From IMG/VR virus record IMGVR_UViG_3300027805_000008, positions 27,330 through 91,329 of that record: a stretch of 64,000 nucleotides of DNA; one strand, written 5' to 3'. The stretch is from a virus. Positions 57,757 to 64,000 of this stretch are shown in pieces; the first letter of the stretch is position 1, and the number at the start of each line of letters is the position of its first letter. Position numbers and translations under genes: made by a program. Under the pieces are notes generated by a model. That model saw only the letters and a list, made by a program, of their open reading frames with translations. It did no database searches and had not been told where the DNA came from.

Positions 57757-58683
57757 GTGAAGAAAAAAGTATTATTAATTGCTTTATGCATTATGTTCAT
57801 AATGCCATCATATTCCAATGCAGATCAATCTGAAAATGATATTCCAGTAATCGCAATACTTGATGGAGCGTTTGAAACCTCCTTGCCTATTTTTAAAGAT
57901 AGAATTTTATTTGAAGCATGTGTTACGGAATGGGCTTCATGCCCAAACGGTCTATCTGAGATGGAGGGTCCTGGATCTTCTACAATTAAACAAGAATGGA
58001 TTTCAAAAAATAATTTTGGTCATGGAACGCAGATGGCGTCAATAGCTGCCTTAGAAAATCCAAAAGTAAAGTTTGTGCTTGTCAGAGTTATTAGCATAGA
58101 CCATAATGGATCTAGGCTGGTGTCTAGCGAATCAACAGTTTATAATGCATTAGACTGGATTATTAAAAATAAAGATAGATTTAACATTCACTCTGTATCT
58201 ATGTCTCAAGGATATAGGATTCCGTATAGTGTGAAGAACTATTGCCCACATACTCCTATGACTGAAGAGAAGATTAAAGCCCTTATTGATGCTGGTATTC
58301 CAGTGTTTTTCCCATCAGGAAATTCTGGAGATTTATATAAAATAAATTGGCCAGCATGCATTTCTTCTTCTATTGCAATTTCAGCAACAGCGGAGAATTC
58401 AACAATCGCAAGATATACAGACTATGACCAATATAAAACAGACTTCTTTGCTAAAGGAAGTTCAAAAGCAATAAACATTAATAATAAAACTATTAATGCT
58501 ATTGGAACATCTGTAGCCACAGTAATTGCTGCTACACAGTGGGCAACAATTAAATCAGTAAATAAAAGTCTAACATATGCTCAAATATATGAGATGATTT
58601 CTAATACTGCAAAGCCAGTAAATAATTCAAAAATTATTGGCGGAAAACTAATTAACCTAAAAGGAGCGTTAAATGGAAAGTAA
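57757..58683 (+). CDS. secreted S8 subtilisin-like protease
   Basis: Signal peptide; IAILD, HGTQM, SGN, GTSVA catalytic motifs; leaderless promoter TTGACA-17-TATTAT. Confidence 0.85.
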   Translation: MKKKVLLIALCIMFIMPSYSNADQSENDIPVIAILDGAFETSLPIFKDRILFEACVTEWASCPNGLSEMEGPGSSTIKQEWISKNNFGHGTQMASIAALENPKVKFVLVRVISIDHNGSRLVSSESTVYNALDWIIKNKDRFNIHSVSMSQGYRIPYSVKNYCPHTPMTEEKIKALIDAGIPVFFPSGNSGDLYKINWPACISSSIAISATAENSTIARYTDYDQYKTDFFAKGSSKAININNKTINAIGTSVATVIAATQWATIKSVNKSLTYAQIYEMISNTAKPVNNSKIIGGKLINLKGALNGK

Positions 58684-58903
58684 TGAAAAGAGAATGTCAA
58701 TCCTAGAATCAATTATTCAGGATGTGGCAAGAGCACTTTTTCAAAAGTGGGCAAATGGTCTACCCGAAGAAAATCGCTCAGAGGAAGCACTAGCTAATTT
58801 AAATAAAAATGCTATAGACTCAACATACTTTGTTGTAAAAATGTTTATGGATCAATTTAATGCAGCAGCAGATGAATTGAAAGCACAGCCTGACGAGCAA
58901 TAA
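58673..58903 (+). CDS. hypothetical helical protein
   Basis: AAGGAG SD. Confidence 0.65.
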   Translation: MESNEKRMSILESIIQDVARALFQKWANGLPEENRSEEALANLNKNAIDSTYFVVKMFMDQFNAAADELKAQPDEQ

Positions 58904-58944
58904 CCCTATTGACTCTCTTATAATAATTTAGTAGAATAGGTACC

Positions 58945-59415
58945 ATGCAAACATTCTTACCAGAGGCGGACTTTGCCGAAACAGCAAAGCATTTAGACCG
59001 TAAGCGTTTAATTAAACAAAGTGTTGAGAACCTACAAGTTCTAAAGTCATTAGCTGGACTTTATAGTTCAGGTGCATGGAAAAATCATCCAGCAGTAAAA
59101 ATGTGGGATGGGCACGAAGACTGGCTATTTGTTTATAATGAAGCAATAATTAAAGAAATTATTATGCGTGGTTATAAAAATAGCACAAGGCAGACCTTCG
59201 ACGATATCTATCAAGAACACTTTATGCTGCTAGAGTCAGACAAGCCTTGGTGGCTAGGTGACGATAAGCTTCATTATACCCATAAGGGTCGGCTGTTTGA
59301 AAAAGATCCAGAGTCTTATTATTTCTATAATGAGTATTCAGACTATCGTGAGCTTGGGTATACATGTTGCGAAGCATGCAGTTACTATTGGCCAACCCAT
59401 GTGGAGTCAAAGTGA
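58945..59415 (+). CDS. pyrimidine-dimer DNA glycosylase (DenV-like) family protein
   Basis: MQTFLP...LD.KRL.KQ.VE..Q...HPAVKMW.G...RGY...PWWLG; leaderless promoter TTGACT-17-TAGAAT. Confidence 0.8.
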   Translation: MQTFLPEADFAETAKHLDRKRLIKQSVENLQVLKSLAGLYSSGAWKNHPAVKMWDGHEDWLFVYNEAIIKEIIMRGYKNSTRQTFDDIYQEHFMLLESDKPWWLGDDKLHYTHKGRLFEKDPESYYFYNEYSDYRELGYTCCEACSYYWPTHVESK

Positions 59416-59714
59416 TAGTTACGGACACATCTTTTGAAGATGCAATTAAAAGTAACAGTTTAATCTTAGTTGATTTCTGGGCAGAATGGTGTGGACCATG
59501 CAAAAGGGTCTCCCCAATCCTAGATGAAATATCTGAATCTCATGGCTTACCAGTTGGTAAGTTAAATATTGATGAGAACCCAGAAAAAACTCAGGAATAC
59601 TCTGTACATTCAATACCGACTATGGTATTATTTAAGGATGGAATTCCAGTCCACACAGTGCTTGGCGCAAAACCCAAGCACGTGCTTCTAAAGGAGCTTG
59701 CGGAATGGATATAA
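59412..59714 (+). CDS. trxA: thioredoxin
   Basis: VDFWAEWCGPCK, SIPT, FKDG; GTGA overlap. Confidence 0.93.
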   Translation: MIVTDTSFEDAIKSNSLILVDFWAEWCGPCKRVSPILDEISESHGLPVGKLNIDENPEKTQEYSVHSIPTMVLFKDGIPVHTVLGAKPKHVLLKELAEWI

Positions 59715-59938
59715 CATTTGATGAATGGATTTCATACGGCATAGAAAAAGGTTGGTGCGGACCTCCTGTATGTTACACACACGACGGACTACCAATGTCT
59801 GAACAAGAAGATACCGAGTTTGGCGAAGGCCAAGACCCCTGTATTCATATTGTTCGAATGTACGAAGACATTGATACGAAAAAAGAAATAGAGGACAATC
59901 ACTCTCCGTCCCAATGGCGGAACTCGTACACAAAATAG
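59705..59938 (+). CDS. hypothetical protein
   Basis: W..YG..KGWCGPPVC.THDG.P...DPC.H. Confidence 0.7.
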   Translation: MDITFDEWISYGIEKGWCGPPVCYTHDGLPMSEQEDTEFGEGQDPCIHIVRMYEDIDTKKEIEDNHSPSQWRNSYTK

Positions 59939-59985
59939 AATTCCACGCTCAGCAAGAGGTGGAAAAATTAAGGAGAATAAATTAA

Positions 59986-61047
59986 ATGAACTCATTTAAG
60001 AAAGTATCGCTAATCATCGCTGCAGCCCTGACTAGCACAATGCTTGTAGCACCATCGGCAAATGCCAACGCAGGCACTGTCACATTGACAGTAGCAGGCT
60101 CTGCAGCAACAGGTGGAACAGTAGTAACAACTCCTGTATCACTACCAGTGCCAGCAGACAACAGCGTTGATGCAGCAGATGCGCTAAAGATTGCAGTTAC
60201 AGGTGTCGACACAGGTACAGTTGTAACGGCAGTTGCAGTAAATGCAACAATTGTTCCTGCAGTAACTGGTACTACAGTAGTAACAGCATCATCTGGAACA
60301 TCAACACTTTCAGTTTCAACAGGAACTGGAAACTCAGCAGACTTTTATGTATATACTAAAAGTACAGCAGTAGGATCAGTATCGATCACTCGTTCTGGAA
60401 CTACAACAGTTTACTATGTCCAAGGCCAAGCAGGTGCTTTGAGCTCAATTACACTAACCGCTCCTGCATCAGCAGCAGCAGGTACATCACAGGTACTTAA
60501 GGTATCTGGATTTGACGTGTTTGGTAATCCAAAGGGTGGAGCCACAATTAATACTTTGGTTTCAAGCTCTGGAGTAGCATTAGCAACAGCGCTAACAACT
60601 GACACAGCAGTAGCAACACTAGGGACAAAAGAGCAGACAGTAGCAATTCCTGCAGTTGGATCAGTAACAGTAGTTGCTTATGCAACAGTAGCAGCAGCCG
60701 TAACAGGCTTATCAGCACCAGTAGGTTCTGTAAGCGCTACAATTGTAGTCCGTGATATTGCAGCAGAACTTGCAGCAAAGAATTCAGAACTAGCAACAGC
60801 TAATGCAGCACTAGCAGCAAAGAATGCAGAACTAGCAACAGCTAATGCAGCACTTAAGGCAGCTCAAGATGCTCTAGCAGCAGAGAAAGCTGGACGTGCA
60901 TCAGATTCTGCAACTGCAACAGCAGCAGCAGTAACAGCAAAGGCAGCAGCAGATCTTGCTAAGGCTACATATGTAGCAGAGTATAATGCTCTGGCTACAA
61001 AGTGGAACAAGAAGTTCCCTAAGCTTAAGGTTAAGCTAAAGAAGTAA
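59986..61047 (+). CDS. secreted Ala/Thr/Val-rich surface (Ig/S-layer-like) protein
   Basis: MNSFKK...APSANA signal peptide, D.FGNP Ig-like motif, coiled coil, basic tail YNALATKWNKKFPKLKVKLKK. Confidence 0.75.
   Translation: MNSFKKVSLIIAAALTSTMLVAPSANANAGTVTLTVAGSAATGGTVVTTPVSLPVPADNSVDAADALKIAVTGVDTGTVVTAVAVNATIVPAVTGTTVVTASSGTSTLSVSTGTGNSADFYVYTKSTAVGSVSITRSGTTTVYYVQGQAGALSSITLTAPASAAAGTSQVLKVSGFDVFGNPKGGATINTLVSSSGVALATALTTDTAVATLGTKEQTVAIPAVGSVTVVAYATVAAAVTGLSAPVGSVSATIVVRDIAAELAAKNSELATANAALAAKNAELATANAALKAAQDALAAEKAGRASDSATATAAAVTAKAAADLAKATYVAEYNALATKWNKKFPKLKVKLKK
60772..60855 (+). repeat. 42-bp tandem duplication
   Basis: Two copies with 2 mismatches encoding AAKN(S/A)ELATANAAL. 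Confidence 0.9.
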
Positions 61048-61064
61048 TTCTTTATATTGTTCGT

Positions 61065-61086
61065 GGGGCAGGGTAAACCTTGCCCC
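61065..61086 (+). terminator. GC-rich hairpin after surface protein gene (no U-tract)
   Basis: GGGGCA...TGCCCC; 3' arm doubles as the next -35 (TTGCCC). Confidence 0.55.
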
Positions 61087-61113
61087 ATTGACATATAAAT
61101 GATAGAATATACT

Positions 61114-61266
61114 ATGGCACAAGATGAGGTCTACGAGCTTGAAGGATATTTTGAACGTAAATATAAAAAGCAAATAATGGATCAAATAAATAATTTTGAG
61201 TTTCCAAACGAATGGACTCCGAAGCAGGTAGTAGACTATATTACCTATAAAATAGATAGGAAGTAA
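61114..61266 (+). CDS. 50-aa leaderless microprotein
   Basis: TTGCCC-17-TAGAAT then ATG; MAQDEVYELEGYFERKYK... Confidence 0.6.
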   Translation: MAQDEVYELEGYFERKYKKQIMDQINNFEFPNEWTPKQVVDYITYKIDRK

Positions 61267-61267
61267 G

Positions 61268-61513
61268 ATGTTTAATAAGTTAAAGTTATGGTTGTTCCCA
61301 GCATCAGTTAAAGGATTTAATTATAATGCTGTGGATAAAGACGGGGATGGCCTTGTTCAAGAAGGCACCCGATTTGAAAGAAGGGTAACTGTTGTGAAGA
61401 AAACAGCAAAGAAGCCAGCAGCAAAGAAGAAGGCCCCTGCAAAGAAGTCTCCAGTAAAGAAGACAGCTCCTGTAAAAAAGACTGCTCCTAAGAAGACCAC
61501 AAAAAAGAAGTAA
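61268..61513 (+). CDS. Lys/Ala/Pro-rich histone H1-like protein with DxDxDG motif
   Basis: DKDGDGLVQEGT then KKTAKKPAAKKKAPAKK... Confidence 0.7.
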   Translation: MFNKLKLWLFPASVKGFNYNAVDKDGDGLVQEGTRFERRVTVVKKTAKKPAAKKKAPAKKSPVKKTAPVKKTAPKKTTKKK

Positions 61514-61635
61514 TGCCTTTAGAAGAAGTATGCGAAATGACTGGTTGTAATAGAAATGCAACTAGAATAACCAGCACAGAAACCAAATATATAGTAATTT
61601 GTGATCCATGTTGGCATGATAAGTATAGAAAATAA
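61513..61635 (+). CDS. 40-aa zinc-finger microprotein
   Basis: CEMTGC...CDPC; TAATG coupling. Confidence 0.6.
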   Translation: MPLEEVCEMTGCNRNATRITSTETKYIVICDPCWHDKYRK

Positions 61636-61701
61636 TAAATGCTATAATTATATGATAGATGTGAACGTATAATCATCTAAATATGACATATAGGAGTAAA
61701 G

Positions 61702-61860
61702 ATGTGTATTGAATGCGGATGCGAATCTGTAGGTAGCGAATCGGGTATCGAAACGATTCTTGGGGGCATGCTAAATGTTTCTACAGATGGAGAAGCAGGG
61801 CTTACGTTAAATATGACCGCAACTCCAGAACAAAGAGAAAGATTTATTTCAGGTGAGTGA
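61702..61860 (+). CDS. 52-aa MCxxCGC microprotein
   Basis: AGGAG SD; MCIECGCESVG... Confidence 0.65.
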   Translation: MCIECGCESVGSESGIETILGGMLNVSTDGEAGLTLNMTATPEQRERFISGE

Positions 61861-62068
61861 TAACGGTACGGGTATGACTACTCCGCCAAATAATCAACCA
61901 TCTGGCGCAGTAACTTCACAAGAAGCGGGAAGAAAAAATCCTTCGCAAGGTAAGTTTAAATCTGGATTTTCTGGTCCAAGACCAGCAACTAAGATAGATA
62001 CAAATAAACATGGTATTAGAAGAGAGACCGTACTTGGTCAAAAGAAAACTAAGCCTAAAAAGGTTTAA
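61853..62068 (+). CDS. basic disordered protein
   Basis: GTG start overlapping upstream stop; followed by hairpin. Confidence 0.6.
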   Translation: MSDNGTGMTTPPNNQPSGAVTSQEAGRKNPSQGKFKSGFSGPRPATKIDTNKHGIRRETVLGQKKTKPKKV

Positions 62069-62076
62069 TTAAGTAT

Positions 62077-62119
62077 TCCCCACTAAGCCCTACTCTTAGG
62101 GCTGGTGGGGATCTTTATT
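62077..62119 (+). terminator. hairpin terminator
   Basis: CCCCAC..AGCCC/GGGCT.GTGGGG then ATCTTTATT. Confidence 0.65.
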
Positions 62120-62127
62120 GGAGATTT

Positions 62128-62214
62128 ATGTGCAAAGAATGCGGGAGCTGTGATAAAGAACATAGCAGAACAATAGATGATTCTATTGACAAAACCTTGG
62201 ACTCTCCTATATAA
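62128..62214 (+). CDS. 28-aa MCxECG peptide
   Basis: GGAG SD; MCKECGSCDKEHSRTIDDSIDKTLDSPI. Confidence 0.45.
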   Translation: MCKECGSCDKEHSRTIDDSIDKTLDSPI

Positions 62215-62239
62215 TTAGGAGATAGAGAAAGAGGCGGAT

Positions 62240-62434
62240 ATGTTAGAGCTATTTTTTATAGTGCTGTCATTTGCTGTTGGCAGATGGATGGGAATTGATC
62301 AGGCAAAGAATCAAGTTCACGAAGAACGAGATAAGTTTAAGTCATTATGGTTAGACGCAGAAGATAAGGCGAAAACCTGGAAGCGCAGATATAACAATCT
62401 CCTTCCAACTACACAAACATCATTTGAGGAATAG
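62240..62434 (+). CDS. TM plus coiled-coil microprotein
   Basis: GAGG SD; promoter TTGACA-18-TATAAT at 62186-62215. Confidence 0.65.
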   Translation: MLELFFIVLSFAVGRWMGIDQAKNQVHEERDKFKSLWLDAEDKAKTWKRRYNNLLPTTQTSFEE

Positions 62435-62436
62435 CA

Positions 62437-62667
62437 ATGGCATGGTCATGGATATTAGCAGTAATCGGAGTAGCTGGCATTTACTTTGTTGGGCGGAAAA
62501 CAATATGGGGTTGGCTAGTATTACTATTTAATGAATGTCTATGGATAGCATACGCATTAATAACAGACCAATATGGATTTATATTTAGCGCATTAGCATA
62601 TGCCATTGTATATATTAGATCATACATTCATTGGTCTAAAGAAAAGGTAAACGATATACCACTATGA
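62437..62667 (+). CDS. three-TM protein, PnuC/SemiSWEET half-transporter-like
   Basis: GRKTIWGW...LWIAYA...QYGFI...Y.RSYIHW. Confidence 0.6.
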   Translation: MAWSWILAVIGVAGIYFVGRKTIWGWLVLLFNECLWIAYALITDQYGFIFSALAYAIVYIRSYIHWSKEKVNDIPL

Positions 62668-62801
62668 ATAAGAAAACTATCACACTAATTGGGCTACTCG
62701 TAGCCCTTGTTGCAGTTGCTTTTGCAGCATATAACAGCTTTAGTCAACTAAAAGATATTGACTATGATCTATTTGAAACGGAAGATGAAGATGATGATTA
62801 A
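62664..62801 (+). CDS. 45-aa TM protein with acidic tail
   Basis: ATGA overlap; MNKKTITLIGLLVALVAVAFAAY...EDEDDD. Confidence 0.6.
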   Translation: MNKKTITLIGLLVALVAVAFAAYNSFSQLKDIDYDLFETEDEDDD

Positions 62802-63096
62802 ACCAATTGGCGGAATGCTACTTGTCACAAAAAAGCAGGAAGAGGATAAGACTACTAAGTCTGGTTTAGTTATCTCTGCAGTATTCAATGACTCTGGACC
62901 CAAGATCGGAACTATCGTAGACATGGGTGCAGGAGAGGTCAACTACAAGGGCGACTTGATCCCTATCCCAGAGCTTGATATTGGGGATGAAGTTTACTTC
63001 CCAGACCACACAGGCACGGAGATTGAGGACGATCAATCTAACAAGTATCTTCTAATTAATCATAAACATATTATGGCTAAATTAGACCGCAATTAG
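62791..63096 (+). CDS. groES: GroES-like co-chaperonin
   Basis: IKPIG..LLV, TKSGLVI, GTIVDMGAG, GD.V.F....GTEI, YLLI....IMA. Confidence 0.88.
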   Translation: MMIKPIGGMLLVTKKQEEDKTTKSGLVISAVFNDSGPKIGTIVDMGAGEVNYKGDLIPIPELDIGDEVYFPDHTGTEIEDDQSNKYLLINHKHIMAKLDRN

Positions 63097-63126
63097 TGAA
63101 GCGAAAAGTGCGGCGAAAGTAGAGAC

Positions 63127-63246
63127 ATGAATTCCACAGAATTTGACGAAGAGTATGATCTTGACAGATCATTGCGTCTAAAGCGTGTAATAGAGCAGGT
63201 GTTAGAAGAAAATGCTGAACTATTTGAAAGGCTGAAAGATGACTGA
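63127..63246 (+). CDS. 39-aa acidic helical peptide
   Basis: MNSTEFDEEYDLDRSLRLKRVIEQVLEENAELFERLKDD. Confidence 0.55.
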   Translation: MNSTEFDEEYDLDRSLRLKRVIEQVLEENAELFERLKDD

Positions 63247-63442
63247 TCCGAATCAGACACCCGCTAGAGGCGATTGGGCATGTCCATGCTCAGGATGCCA
63301 GAAGGCGGTGGCATGGGAAAGAAAACAACTCATAGAAGAGATAAAGCAATTAAGATTACATTCCCATACTTCAGAGTCTCCATATGATGATATTATTCTA
63401 TTAATTGAAAATAGAATGCCGAAACCGAAGGTGAAGAAATGA
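63239..63442 (+). CDS. hypothetical protein (CPCSGC)
   Basis: ORF in tight cluster. Confidence 0.6.
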   Translation: MTDPNQTPARGDWACPCSGCQKAVAWERKQLIEEIKQLRLHSHTSESPYDDIILLIENRMPKPKVKK

Positions 63443-63708
63443 TTGATTGGCTAGTAAATAGATTATTTTGGTGGACTCCACTGAGAAATGCCTTGCTTGC
63501 AGAGGCTACATTTTATAACTCCATGACTACTCTTTTGAATGATCCAGAGTCCATGAAGACTGCTACAGCATATTGGAATGAGGGAGATGGCTGGAGAGGC
63601 TGGACAATCGAGGACAATAAATATTACTTTAATGATGTACCAGAGTATGACATGCTTAGCGCATGGGAAGCTTTAGATGAAATGACAGATGGCCAGAGAC
63701 CACTTTAA
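63439..63708 (+). CDS. hypothetical protein
   Basis: ATGA overlap. Confidence 0.6.
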   Translation: MIDWLVNRLFWWTPLRNALLAEATFYNSMTTLLNDPESMKTATAYWNEGDGWRGWTIEDNKYYFNDVPEYDMLSAWEALDEMTDGQRPL

Positions 63709-64000
63709 AAAGCTGTGGTCTACTATCCTATCGAACGGTGTTCGCCAGGACTCTGAGGGTAATTGGACAGTCATTAATTCTTCCACGAATAAGAGGAGAA
63801 TGGATAAGACTGGATCCTCTGTAGGTGGAGCATCAGGTCCATCCTCTCAGGAATGGATCCCTGCTAGAATATATGTTACACCAGAAGAGTTGGCGGAGAT
63901 CTGGGATAAACAGGGCGGGAAGTGTTATTGGTTTAATATCCCCTTAGATATAACACTACTATATAAAGACCATAAAGATTGGATGCCTAAACATCCATTA
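63689..64000 (+). CDS. 3'-truncated probable HNH-type endonuclease
   Basis: Open to window end; LAEIWDKQGGKCYW..PL...HPL resembles the segment preceding HNH cores. Confidence 0.45.
   Translation, partial: MARDHFKKLWSTILSNGVRQDSEGNWTVINSSTNKRRMDKTGSSVGGASGPSSQEWIPARIYVTPEELAEIWDKQGGKCYWFNIPLDITLLYKDHKDWMPKHPL

Noticed and set aside
520-61676. Other minus-strand and nested alternative-frame ORFs in the track
   Set aside because: They overlap well-supported + strand genes, lack motifs and run against a uniformly + strand layout
63100-63126. Short direct repeat GCGAAAAGT/GCGAAAGT after groES
   Set aside because: Single short occurrence; cannot be distinguished from chance here
1-64000. Prophage/integration functions or an alternative genetic code
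   Set aside because: No integrase, att-like site or host flank seen; long genes read through normally and TAA, TAG and TGA all serve as stops

Overview
A 64 kb piece of a large, AT-rich (roughly 35-38% GC by eye) tailed dsDNA phage genome. Every credible gene is on the + strand. The order is: head genes (portal, prohead protease with a nested scaffold, HK97-type capsid); a siphovirus-type tail (tail tube, -1 frameshifted chaperone, 2096-aa tape measure, FnIII/PKD tail proteins; no sheath); a replication/recombination block (DnaB, primase, SSB, DnaE, MazG-like, RecA, two resolvases, Cas4-like nuclease); methyltransferases; terminase; one CAT-anticodon tRNA; an accessory region (PstS, Hsp20, thermonuclease, giant PA14 surface protein, CHAP lysis cassette, WhiB, Ntn protease, secreted subtilase, DenV-like glycosylase, thioredoxin, GroES); and many micro-ORFs. 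WhiB, DnaE, widespread leaderless SigA-type promoters and low GC point to a low-GC freshwater actinobacterial host such as acI/Nanopelagicales (inference). The best leads are: (1) a distant acidic polyprotein that shares the scaffold's C-terminal KKSxW(D/N)G(S/T)F tag and has repeated K-S/A sites, suggesting a capsid cargo-loading and processing system; (2) a DRGH His-Me-finger nuclease cassette inside the tape measure; (3) a GC-rich two-hairpin plus pseudoknot RNA ahead of a nuclease gene; (4) a ROSE-like thermometer on hsp20; (5) PHO-box-like repeats on pstS; (6) a terminator placed directly after the replication-operon promoter. All family calls come from motif recognition by eye; no database searches were run.
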